A stretch of DNA of 64,000 bases from Candidatus Paceibacter sp. Lineage in GTDB: Bacteria > Patescibacteriota > Patescibacteriia > S139-126. Made by a program: the position numbers and the translations under genes. This document shows, piece by piece, positions 1-9,001 of this stretch. Below the pieces are notes generated by a model. It did no database searches and had not been told where the DNA came from. It saw only the letters and a program-made list of their open reading frames with translations. The stretch spans positions 835 through 64,834 of the forward strand of contig DYGA01000001.1 in assembly GCA_020724865.1 (NCBI GenBank), in the 5' to 3' direction. The number at the start of each line of letters is the position of its first letter. Position 1 is the first letter of the stretch.

Positions 1-1973
1 GGATTGTTGGCTGCTTGAATTATTCTAAAATCATTATCACTCCAATAGGCAATCCGACCGCTGTAATCTGGGGTATTGCCGCTGGTCCAACCTTTGGTCA
101 AATCAATATATGGTATCTGACCGGTGTCGGAATTCCTTATTTCAATATATGAATTACGCCCTGCTGCGGCAGTTTCCAAAGCCAAAGATCCGTATCCGCC
201 AGAGGCAGCACTTTTACTTACATGAATAGCATGAGTTGGAGCAGAAATGCCACCGAGCCCTAAATTACCACCAATACTGGTATCGGCAGTATAAGTTGAA
301 GCATTTGAACCTGTACCTAAAACAGACAACAAATCCTGCGATCCGCCTGGAATACTATTACTACAAACCCATTTACTGGTGCCACTATTGTAAACCAATA
401 TTTGATTATTGGCACAAAGGTTACCGTCGCCATCGGTAAATCTTCCACGAATGGTTCCATTGGCCGTAACATTACCCGATTCATTTACCCGAAAAATATC
501 AATTGTGTCAGCAGAATTCCGAATCACTAAAGGTGAATAATTATTATTTATCAATCTGATACCTTCAGTATTAGCCGGCACATTGATATTCAATCTAGCT
601 GTTGGATTGGTATTAGCAATACCAATATTACCATTATGTAAAATGGTTAATCTTTCTTGGGAAATGGCAGATCCATCAGGAGTAGTCCAAAAAGACATAT
701 TAGTAGGATAATCTCCGCCACTACCACTAGCACCTCTGGTAACAACTATTTTTGCTTCATCTAAATCACCATAAGAAGTCGCAAAACCTATTTGGCCAAT
801 TTGATCTCCTGCAGAATTTTGCGAAGAATTTCTGTATTGAATAGTAAGTGTGCCAGGTGCGCCGTTTCCTGTTAGGAAAACACCACCAGCAGTATTACCG
901 TGACCAATTTTTGGATTACCAGCAAAAGTGCTGGCATCTGCCCCAGCTTGCAAGGTTTCTAATAGATTTTCTACCGTGGTATTGCCAACATTAGTGGTAT
1001 CGACACAATACCAACCAGGAGTGAAAGGAGCGCCTCGATAAACCAATAACTGGTCCGCAGTACAAGTATTATTATTTAAATCTGTAAAATTGCCCCAGAT
1101 TTTTCCCTTACCCGCTCCACCGCTATTAGCCACCACAGTGCCCGCTGTTAAAGTTTTGGCTACGCTAGCATCACCAGCAATTTGAACATTGCCATCTTCG
1201 GCAATCTGAAAAACGGTAGAATTATCACCATTATTAACTCGGAAATAATTTTGATTAAAGTCATTATCACTATCTATCCGAATCTGAAAATCTTTGGTAG
1301 CATTTAAATAACCTAAATAATCAATATATATATTGTTACGATCAGCTGTGGATATATCCAACGCTCTGCCAACATCACCTGATGACTGACCTACATATAA
1401 AGTAGTAGCATTGGAAGTTAAACCTGCTGTATTGACAACTTGTAATAAGTTACCATTAATAACAGAGGCAATAAAAGTTCCACGATTGTAAGCATTTATG
1501 GTGCCATAAAAGCTTGAAGATCCAGTTATACGCAGAGCTCCTCCAGCATAAATATCATAAGCAGAAGCGATATCACCTTGAGAATTATAACCAGTTGGCG
1601 GCGGACTTCCTGCGGTAAAATTACCTGAGACAATCGGTCCAAAAATCTCCACTCCGCCATTGGGCACAACATAACCGCCAGTAACACTGCCTACCATAAT
1701 TTTACCGGGATACAGTTGGGTCCAAGTTGCTGTATCTGCTGCGTTAGCTTCATCTTGAATACGTAAATAACCAGTATGCTGATCACAACTAGCTCCGGAA
1801 AAAAGTGGGGGTAAAATATTACATGAATCTGGATCAGAAATAGTTGGATTACAAGTTGGCTGCACCCAACTGCCGGTATAACATTGAACACCCATCTGTG
1901 CGCTAGCTATTGAAGTTAATCCAAAAACACCACTAAATATAAATAAACCCAATAAAAAAAATTTTTTTTGCAT
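1..1973 (-). CDS. Large secreted repeat protein, N-terminal ~657 codons (gene runs off window start); signal peptide then Gly/Asn/Thr-rich modules with recurring C..Q[IL]LVY..G..W[VY]C motif
   Basis: Manual minus-strand translation from ATG at 1973 (MQKKFFLLGLFIFSGVFGLTSIASAQMGVQCYTGSWVQPTC...) stays open to position 1. Absent from ORF track because it is open at the window edge. Hydrophobic N-terminus suggests a signal peptide. Confidence 0.55.
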   Translation of the reverse strand, partial: MQKKFFLLGLFIFSGVFGLTSIASAQMGVQCYTGSWVQPTCNPTISDPDSCNILPPLFSGASCDQHTGYLRIQDEANAADTATWTQLYPGKIMVGSVTGGYVVPNGGVEIFGPIVSGNFTAGSPPPTGYNSQGDIASAYDIYAGGALRITGSSSFYGTINAYNRGTFIASVINGNLLQVVNTAGLTSNATTLYVGQSSGDVGRALDISTADRNNIYIDYLGYLNATKDFQIRIDSDNDFNQNYFRVNNGDNSTVFQIAEDGNVQIAGDASVAKTLTAGTVVANSGGAGKGKIWGNFTDLNNNTCTADQLLVYRGAPFTPGWYCVDTTNVGNTTVENLLETLQAGADASTFAGNPKIGHGNTAGGVFLTGNGAPGTLTIQYRNSSQNSAGDQIGQIGFATSYGDLDEAKIVVTRGASGSGGDYPTNMSFWTTPDGSAISQERLTILHNGNIGIANTNPTARLNINVPANTEGIRLINNNYSPLVIRNSADTIDIFRVNESGNVTANGTIRGRFTDGDGNLCANNQILVYNSGTSKWVCSNSIPGGSQDLLSVLGTGSNASTYTADTSIGGNLGLGGISAPTHAIHVSKSAASGGYGSLALETAAAGRNSYIEIRNSDTGQIPYIDLTKGWTSGNTPDYSGRIAYWSDNDFRIIQAANN

Positions 1974-2035
1974 AAATGATAAATTGACTTATGGCTGTAT
2001 AAATTATACAATAAATTCACAAAAAAATAAAATCC

Positions 2036-2662
2036 ATGCCTCTAGACCAACAACAAAAAAAAATAATTTATGTCACCGCTGCACTAATAGTAATATTGTT
2101 ATTACTAATCATTGTCTTAGTTTGGCAAAAAAATAATCTTTTAAACAACAAAGACAATATTCAACCGACCACTCCACAAACTAATGTCAATCAACTTGAA
2201 TTTGATACTGACAGCGAAAAAACAGAAAAACAAAAATTAATCGAACAAGTAGCACCCAATACGGATCTAAATCAATTTGATTTACCCGAACCACTTATCA
2301 ATAAAGAAGTAATTCAAAATCCAAACATTTCTCCTGCCTATAATCGTTCGGGAAGAATAACTGAAATAAATTTAAATAATTCTAGTATTACTTTTTTAGA
2401 CATGACTTTTGAAGAAAAATATTATGAAGTAAAAGTTGATGATAATACTAAAATACAAATAACCAATATCATTGAAACCTATTCTGATACCAACTCTCCC
2501 ACCCCTAGTAATGTCAGTACTCAAAGTTTTCAAGGAAAATTGAGCGATTTAAAAGTTGGCGACAATATAAATGTCCGCGCCCAACAAATGATCAATAGTA
2601 ATTCTTATACAGCTTTATTTATTGAAACAACACACATAACAAGTAAAATTATTAATAATTAA
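2036..2662 (+). CDS. Hypothetical membrane-anchored protein (single N-terminal TM, Asn/Thr-rich ectodomain)
   Basis: ORF track; N-terminal hydrophobic helix IIYVTAALIVILLLLIIVLVW. Confidence 0.45.
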   Translation: MPLDQQQKKIIYVTAALIVILLLLIIVLVWQKNNLLNNKDNIQPTTPQTNVNQLEFDTDSEKTEKQKLIEQVAPNTDLNQFDLPEPLINKEVIQNPNISPAYNRSGRITEINLNNSSITFLDMTFEEKYYEVKVDDNTKIQITNIIETYSDTNSPTPSNVSTQSFQGKLSDLKVGDNINVRAQQMINSNSYTALFIETTHITSKIINN

Positions 2663-2665
2663 TAT

Positions 2666-3220
2666 ATGCGAACAACAACTATTTTAATTGTTGTAATAGT
2701 CGCCGTAGTGCTATGGCTTATTTCTATTTACAACAGTCTAATCAGACTAAAAAACCGCGTTGATGAAGCTTGGAGTGATATTGATGTCCAGCTTAAACGA
2801 CGTTATGATCTAATCCCCAACCTAGTGGAAACAGTCAAAGGCTATGCCAGCCACGAAAAAGAATTGTTTACCAAAGTTACTGAAGCACGTAGTCGAGCTA
2901 TGCAAGCAGGCTCTCTTCACGACAAAGCTGAAGCCGAAAATATGTTATCTAATACTTTAAAATCTTTGTTTGCGGTAGCGGAAAATTATCCGCAACTTCG
3001 AGCTAGTGAAAATTTTGCCAAACTACAAGATGAACTGTCTGATACGGAAAACAAAATCCAAGCCGCCCGAAGGTTTTACAACGGTATGGTCAGAGATTTT
3101 AACACCAAAATTCAAGTTTTCCCGAACAATATTATTGCCGGAACTTTAGGCTTCAAATCAAGAGAATTTTTTGAAATTGAAGAGGCTAAAGAAAGAGAAA
3201 ATATCAAAGTCCAATTTTAA
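2666..3220 (+). CDS. lemA: LemA family protein
   Basis: N-terminal TM then [44 protein letters not shown], typical LemA sequence; immediately upstream of an M48 protease as commonly seen. Confidence 0.85.
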   Translation: MRTTTILIVVIVAVVLWLISIYNSLIRLKNRVDEAWSDIDVQLKRRYDLIPNLVETVKGYASHEKELFTKVTEARSRAMQAGSLHDKAEAENMLSNTLKSLFAVAENYPQLRASENFAKLQDELSDTENKIQAARRFYNGMVRDFNTKIQVFPNNIIAGTLGFKSREFFEIEEAKERENIKVQF

Positions 3221-3255
3221 TTTATATTTTTTAAAATTTATAATTTAAAATTTTT

Positions 3256-4131
3256 TTGATGTATTCCCAAATCGATAGTAACAAAAGAAAAAGTATAATC
3301 CTGATTACCATTTTTACAATTTTGGTAATCTTTTTGGGTTATGTTATAGGACAAGCCACTGGCTATGGTTACAATGGTTTAATTATTGCGGTAGTAATAT
3401 CTATTTTAATGACTCTAACCAGTTATTATAAAGGTGATGTTATTGCTCTAAAAACAGCGGGCGCTGTTGGACCAATCAGTCAGGAACAAAACCCTTATAT
3501 CTATAGACTGGTGGAAAATCTGGCAATCACTGCCGGCATTCCCATACCTAAAATTTATATTATCAATGATCCAGCTCTAAATGCTTTCGCTACCGGTAGA
3601 GATCCTGAACATGCCTCTATTGCTTTGACAACTGGAATTATTCAAGCTTTAGAAAATGAAGAGTTAGAAGGAGTAATAGCCCATGAATTATCACATATAA
3701 AAAATTATGATATCAGACTGATGATGTTGGTAATAGTTCTAGTGGGAGTAGTTACACTGTTGGCTGATTGGTTTTTGCGGTTCAATTTTTTTCGTAGTTC
3801 TGACAATAGACAAAATAACGGGGCGATTTTTGCTCTAGTTGGTTTAATACTAGCAATTCTTTCCCCCCTGTTTGCAGAACTGATAAAATTGGCTATTTCT
3901 AGAAAAAGAGAATTTTTAGCTGACGCTTCTGCCGCGCTATTAACCAGATATCCTGAAGGATTGGCCAGAGCTTTAGAAAAAATTGCTCAACAACCAGATA
4001 TTAAACGTGCCAATAAAGCCACTGCTCATTTGTATATTGCCAATCCCTTTAGTAAAAATAATTTTAGTAAACTATTTTCAACTCATCCGCCTATTGCAGA
4101 ACGAATATCGGCTTTGCGAAAAATGGCCTAA
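3256..4131 (+). CDS. htpX: M48-family zinc metalloprotease HtpX
   Basis: HELSH zinc-binding motif (AHELSHIKNYD), multiple TM segments, C-terminal FSTHPPIAERI motif typical of HtpX. Confidence 0.85.
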   Translation: MMYSQIDSNKRKSIILITIFTILVIFLGYVIGQATGYGYNGLIIAVVISILMTLTSYYKGDVIALKTAGAVGPISQEQNPYIYRLVENLAITAGIPIPKIYIINDPALNAFATGRDPEHASIALTTGIIQALENEELEGVIAHELSHIKNYDIRLMMLVIVLVGVVTLLADWFLRFNFFRSSDNRQNNGAIFALVGLILAILSPLFAELIKLAISRKREFLADASAALLTRYPEGLARALEKIAQQPDIKRANKATAHLYIANPFSKNNFSKLFSTHPPIAERISALRKMA

Positions 4132-4217
4132 ATCATATAGCCCTGTAAAAACAGGGCTTTGTTTTTATTGCCAAAACTCTTATATTTTTCTATAATCTTT
4201 ATACTAAATCTAATATT

Positions 4218-6689
4218 ATGATTACTTCAGATATATTTAATAAATTTACCAAACACCTAAAAAACGCTCTGAAAATAGCGGGATTTTTGGCAAAAAAACA
4301 AAGTTTAACAGCTGTTGAACCAATTCATTTGCTCCAAGGAATTTTAAAACAACCCGGTAGTTTGGCAGCGGAAATTTTACATAAAAATGGACTAGTAGAA
4401 AACAGTCCGCTGGGAGACGAGCTTCTAAATAGTCACATTATTACCTTGGAATTATCGGCTGATGCTCAGAAAATTATTACTAAAATGTTAAATCTAGCAT
4501 TTGAATATCGTCATCTTTACATAGGCACTGAACATTTGCTTATGGCCCTGCTGTTATTGCCTGACGATAAAATTTTAAATTTATTTCAGGAAAAAAACAT
4601 TTCTTTTGCTAAACTAAAAAATAACTTAGAAATTGTTCTTAGTTCTACTTCAAATTTTTCTGATCTAACTGATATTTTTTCCGAACTAACCAGCGGACAA
4701 TTTCAAGAAGAAAAACATTTTGAACCAAAAAATTTAACCCGGGAAAAAAGTTTATTGGATCTATTTTCTACCGATTTAACCAGTCAACAAATCCAACAAC
4801 GTATTGATCCGGTAATTGGGAGAGAAGCGGAAATTGACCGGCTAATTCAAATCATTTCGCGTCGCAATAAAAACAATCCTCTGTTGTTAGGTGATCCGGG
4901 AGTGGGTAAAACTGCGATAGTTGAGGGCTTGGCTAAAAAAATATCTGAAGGTGATGTGCCAACTATTTTAAAAAATAAAAAAATTTTAAGTTTGGATCTT
5001 GGACTTATGTTAGCTGGTACCATGTACCGTGGCGAATTCGAAGCCAGATTAAAAAATATCTTGGAAGAAATAAAACAAAATCCAGATATTATTATATTTA
5101 TTGATGAATTACACAATATAATCGGGGCAGGTTCAACCACTGGTGGAACAATGGATGCGGCCAATATTATCAAACCCGCTCTAGCTCGCGGTGAAATTAG
5201 ATGTATCGGAGCAACTACCATAAATGAATATCACAAATATATTGAATCAGACCCTGCTCTAGAACGCAGATTTCAAACTATTCAAGTCAATGAACCAGAT
5301 CGAGAACAAACTATAAATATTCTAAAAGGGCTAAAAAAATATTATGAACTATTCCATCAAGTCGAAATTCAAGATGAAGCTTTGACACTAGCGGTTGATT
5401 TATCAATTCGCTATCAACCAGAAAAATTTCTACCCGACAAAGCTATAGACCTGATTGATGAAACCGCAAGTCGTGCTAAAATCAGATACAAACATTCTAC
5501 CCTCCAAAATAAATTGTTTACCTTATCTGAAAAAATAAAAGATATTGCTCAACGTAAATATCAAGCCATCGCTGAAGAAAACTATGATTTAGCTATAAAA
5601 ATAAAAGACGAAGAATATAAATTAAAAAAAGATTACCAAAATATTGAAAAAAAGTTGGCGCAAAATCCGCCACAAAAACCAAAAATAACTCCCGATGATA
5701 TCAGTCAAGTGGTAGCACAAATTACCAACATGCCTTTGACCTATCTCAATCAACAAGCAGACTTAAGAATTGCCAATTTAGAAAAAAAATTAAACAAAAA
5801 TATTATTGGACAAAACGATGTCATCTCTGAAGTTTGCGCGGTTATTAAAAGGGCTCAATTGGGTTTGCACAATCAAACCAAACCTATTGGTAGTTTCTTA
5901 TTTTTGGGTCCCTCAGGTGTTGGTAAAACCGAATTAGCTAAACGTTTAGCGATTGAATATTTTGGCAGCGAACAATCTTTAATTAAAATCGACATGTCCG
6001 AATATTCTGAAAGCTTTAATATCTCCAAACTTATTGGCGCTCCCGCCGGCTATGTTGGTTATAAGGAAGGTGGAAAAATAACTGATGCTGTCAGACGCCG
6101 TCCTTATTCGGTTATTCTTTTTGATGAGATAGAAAAAGGTCATCCTGATGTTTTTAATTTACTGTTACAAATTCTGGATGAAGGTAATTTAACTGATGCT
6201 GAAGGCAGAAAAATAAATTTTAAACACAGTATTGTCATTCTGACATCTAACCTAGCTTCAGATAAATTCAACAATATCCAAAATTTTGGTTTCAATCAAA
6301 CTAAAAATAGTCAAAAATACAGTTCACAACAAATCAAACAACAAGTGATTAAAGAATTGGAACAAGAGTTTAAACCTGAATTACTAAATCGTTTGGATAA
6401 AATAATTGTTTTTAATCCTTTGGAAAAAAATAGCCTAAAAAAAATTGTAAAATTGCAACTTACAGAGTTGTTAGAAAATTTAAGCAAACGCGGCATAACC
6501 ATAAATTTTACTCCCGCGGTAGTTAACTATTTAACCACCATCAGTACTGGCGAAAATAAAGGCGCTAGAGAAATTAGACGTAATATTGAAAAGTATCTTG
6601 GACAACCATTGGCCGATGCCTTTTTACAAAACCCGCAAAAAAAACATTTTTCTATATCTTTACGCAATAAAAAATTGTTTGTCAAATAA
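4218..6689 (+). CDS. clpC: Clp/Hsp100 AAA+ chaperone with two nucleotide-binding domains (ClpC-like, short middle domain)
   Basis: Clp_N-like N-terminal repeats; Walker A GDPGVGKTAIVEGLA (NBD1) and LFLGPSGVGKTELAKRLA (NBD2); ~70-aa linker with UVR-like coiled coil, shorter than a ClpB M-domain. Confidence 0.8.
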   Translation: MITSDIFNKFTKHLKNALKIAGFLAKKQSLTAVEPIHLLQGILKQPGSLAAEILHKNGLVENSPLGDELLNSHIITLELSADAQKIITKMLNLAFEYRHLYIGTEHLLMALLLLPDDKILNLFQEKNISFAKLKNNLEIVLSSTSNFSDLTDIFSELTSGQFQEEKHFEPKNLTREKSLLDLFSTDLTSQQIQQRIDPVIGREAEIDRLIQIISRRNKNNPLLLGDPGVGKTAIVEGLAKKISEGDVPTILKNKKILSLDLGLMLAGTMYRGEFEARLKNILEEIKQNPDIIIFIDELHNIIGAGSTTGGTMDAANIIKPALARGEIRCIGATTINEYHKYIESDPALERRFQTIQVNEPDREQTINILKGLKKYYELFHQVEIQDEALTLAVDLSIRYQPEKFLPDKAIDLIDETASRAKIRYKHSTLQNKLFTLSEKIKDIAQRKYQAIAEENYDLAIKIKDEEYKLKKDYQNIEKKLAQNPPQKPKITPDDISQVVAQITNMPLTYLNQQADLRIANLEKKLNKNIIGQNDVISEVCAVIKRAQLGLHNQTKPIGSFLFLGPSGVGKTELAKRLAIEYFGSEQSLIKIDMSEYSESFNISKLIGAPAGYVGYKEGGKITDAVRRRPYSVILFDEIEKGHPDVFNLLLQILDEGNLTDAEGRKINFKHSIVILTSNLASDKFNNIQNFGFNQTKNSQKYSSQQIKQQVIKELEQEFKPELLNRLDKIIVFNPLEKNSLKKIVKLQLTELLENLSKRGITINFTPAVVNYLTTISTGENKGAREIRRNIEKYLGQPLADAFLQNPQKKHFSISLRNKKLFVK

Positions 6690-6695
6690 ATTTAT

Positions 6696-7358
6696 TTGAT
6701 GTCAAAATTTTTAATTTTTCTAAAATCACTTTTTTTTCCAAAAGAGTGTTTGGATTGTGGCATGTTGGGTGAATTTATTTGTTCTGATTGTTTAAAAAAA
6801 ATTCCTATCCGACCCAGTAAACCACCGGAAAAAATAAGGTATCAAGATTATTTAGATCAAGTTCATGTGGCTAGTTTCTATGCTAACCAAATTTTAGCTA
6901 AACTTATTGACCTCTATAAATTTCACTATCAAGAAAACTTAGGGACAATTTTATCTCAAATCGCCATCGACTATTTGAAAAAAAACCAACTAACTGCTAC
7001 GCTGGCTGATTTTATTTTAATCCCTCTTCCCCTGCACCGTCGCAGATATTTAGAAAGAGGATTCAATCAAAGTCAAATTATTGCCCAAAATATAAAACAA
7101 TATTTAAACGCTCCTTTAATTGACGATTCATTAATCAGAACAAAATATACCAAACACCAAACTAAATTAAACATGAATAAACGTTTAAAAAATATTTCCG
7201 GAGTATTCTCTATCACCAATAAACAAAAAATAATTGGCAAAAAAATTTTATTGATTGATGATGTAGTAACCACGGGAGCAAGTTTAAACGAAGCGGCCAA
7301 AATTTTACGCCAAAACGGGGCAATTAAAGTAATTGGCCTGGTGCTAGCAAAAAACTAA
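6696..7358 (+). CDS. comFC: ComF family protein (ComFC-type phosphoribosyltransferase with N-terminal zinc finger)
   Basis: CLDCG...CSDC Cys cluster plus PRTase motif ILLIDDVVTTGASL. Confidence 0.8.
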   Translation: MMSKFLIFLKSLFFPKECLDCGMLGEFICSDCLKKIPIRPSKPPEKIRYQDYLDQVHVASFYANQILAKLIDLYKFHYQENLGTILSQIAIDYLKKNQLTATLADFILIPLPLHRRRYLERGFNQSQIIAQNIKQYLNAPLIDDSLIRTKYTKHQTKLNMNKRLKNISGVFSITNKQKIIGKKILLIDDVVTTGASLNEAAKILRQNGAIKVIGLVLAKN

Positions 7359-7390
7359 AAAAATACAAACTTTGCGTTTGTATTTTTTTA

Positions 7391-7484
7391 TGGCGGAGAG
7401 GGAGGGATTCGAACCCTCGATAGGGATTTAAACTCCTATAACAGGTTAGCAACCTGCCGCCTTCAGCCACTCGGCCACCTCTCC
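7391..7484 (-). tRNA. tRNA-Ser (anticodon GCU), long variable arm, CCA encoded
   Basis: Minus-strand read GGAGAGGTGGCCGAGTGGCTGAAGGCGGCAGGTTGCTAACCTGT...GAGGGTTCGAATCCCTCCCTCTCCGCCA; anticodon loop CAGGTTGCTAACCTG; type II tRNA. Confidence 0.85.
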
Positions 7485-7571
7485 TAAAAAAATAATATTG
7501 AATATTTTTAATTAATATCAAGTAAAATACCAAGTTATTGTAATGAAAAATATTATTAGTGTCAATAAATA

Positions 7572-7610
7572 AAAGCTTCTGAACGTTGTCAGAAGCTTAA
7601 ATTTTTTATT
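7572..7610. terminator. Bidirectional intrinsic terminator (stem AGCTTCTGA/TCAGAAGCT, U-tracts on both strands)
   Basis: aaagcttctgaacgttgtcagaagcttaaattttttatt; revcomp also followed by a T-run. Confidence 0.6.
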
Positions 7611-8097
7611 GTGCCAAAGTGGTTGGAACCTGACTAAGAATCGCCAAAGCGATTTCCAGTATTCTCGCTATTAGAGCAATAAGTCCATTAGCCACTTCGG
7701 GCATAAATATCTGGAGCACCAGAATGGTCAAAGCTAAAGTTAGAGCTCCTCTAATTGCTGTGTACATAAATTTACACTTTAATTTTTATGAGGAGTGCTA
7801 ACAACTTAGCCGACCAACGCTAAGTGCTTGCGGTAGATAGGTCTACCTTTGCCCTCCTAATATTACCACCAAAGTTTAGTAATAATATTAGAAGGGCAAA
7901 GAATTAAACCTTTAGTAAAACATTTTATAATTCTTTAAAAAATAATCAAAAAAACCGCATGTTCTTTTCTGTATGCGGTTTGTTAATGTGCTCTGGTAAA
8001 AATATTTTTTACCACAACACACTAAATATTTTATTTTTTTAATTATATAAAATAAGATTAAATTGTCAAATTAACATTTTTTATATATAATATAGTC

Positions 8098-8601
8098 ATG
8101 CCAATAGATTTAACCAAAGTAGACAAAGATACCGGCAAAGAAATTATTGCCTGGCAATTTCCAGAATTTTCGAAACAAAATTATAGCCGCAGCTGGTTTA
8201 TTGCTTATGGAGCAGTTTTGCTTGGCCTACTCACCTATAGCATATTTACTGCCAATATTCTTTTCATTTTTATTCTAATAATTGCCACGGTTATTATTTA
8301 CATTAATCGTCGGCGAGAACCAGAAAATATAAGATTCCGTATAACTGAAGAAGGTATTATTCTCAATGAAATGCTTTATGAATGGATAGAAATAAAAAAT
8401 TTTTGGATAGCCTACGAACCACCTGAAGTTAAAAATTTGTATTTTGAATTTAAAAACCTACTCCTACCCAGACTTCCCATACCATTACAAGACAAAAACC
8501 CAGTTGAAATTAGAAATATCTTATTAGATTATATTGAGGAAGATATAGAACGAGAAGGCGAACCAATTTCCGACAATATCAGTCGCAAGCTCAAACTTTA
8601 A
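8098..8601 (+). CDS. Hypothetical small membrane protein (two TM helices)
   Basis: ORF track; hydrophobic stretch WFIAYGAVLLGLLTYSIFTANILFIFILIIATVIIYI. Confidence 0.45.
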   Translation: MPIDLTKVDKDTGKEIIAWQFPEFSKQNYSRSWFIAYGAVLLGLLTYSIFTANILFIFILIIATVIIYINRRREPENIRFRITEEGIILNEMLYEWIEIKNFWIAYEPPEVKNLYFEFKNLLLPRLPIPLQDKNPVEIRNILLDYIEEDIEREGEPISDNISRKLKL

Positions 8602-8678
8602 CTTGAAAACACTTATTTTGTTTGTTAAGATATAAAAGCTCTACCTTGAGCTTTTTCTTTAATGCCAAAATATTTTTA

Positions 8679-8753
8679 GCTCTCATAGTTCAATGGATAG
8701 AACGCGAGATTGCGGATCTCGTAATGTAGGTTCGATTCCTACTGAGAGCACCA
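8679..8753 (+). tRNA. tRNA-Arg (anticodon GCG as read by eye), CCA encoded
   Basis: GCTCTCATAGTTCAATGGATAGAACGCGAGATTGCGGATCTCGTAATGTAGGTTCGATTCCTACTGAGAGCACCA; cloverleaf folds with anticodon loop TTGCGGA. Confidence 0.75.
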
Positions 8754-8798
8754 AAATTAGAATACTAAATATTGAAGCTAGAATAAATATAGATATTA

Positions 8799-8940
8799 AA
8801 TAACTAATTACTAATAACTAATATCTAATGAACTTTCTAATTAACTTATTAATAAACTATCACCGCCTTGGCGGGATACCGCCTCATCATAATTATTTAG
8901 GTAGTGGGAAATAATTGATTAGTAATTAGTTATTTGTAAA
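8799..8940. repeat. Palindromic AT-rich intergenic element (terminal inverted repeats AATAACTAATTACTAAT / ATTAGTAATTAGTTATT around a GC-rich core ccgccttggcgggataccgcc); member of a window-wide family
   Basis: Arms at 8801-8823 and 8915-8937 are reverse complements; related copies at 12345-12475, 36938-37042, 38326-38362, 51412-51505, 51686-51716. Confidence 0.55.
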
Positions 8941-9001
8941 ATTAATAATTATACAGCTAGGGGCTGTTTTTTATTTGGTTTGATTTGGTTATAATAAATA
9001 C

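Noticed and set aside
236-439. 67-aa plus-strand ORF at the window start
   Set aside because: Lies entirely inside, and antisense to, the long minus-strand secreted-protein ORF (1-1973); composition is atypical, so likely spurious
7324-7533. 69-aa minus-strand ORF
   Set aside because: Overlaps tRNA-Ser(GCU) on the same strand; the tRNA cloverleaf is unambiguous
7600-7990. Identification of the candidate ncRNA as RNase P RNA, tmRNA, SRP RNA or 6S
   Set aside because: Could not find the P4 GGAAAGUCCGG / ACAGAACCCGGCUUA motifs, a tRNA-like 3' end (GGTTCGANTCC...CCA) or the SRP AGGAAGCAG motif by eye; identity left open
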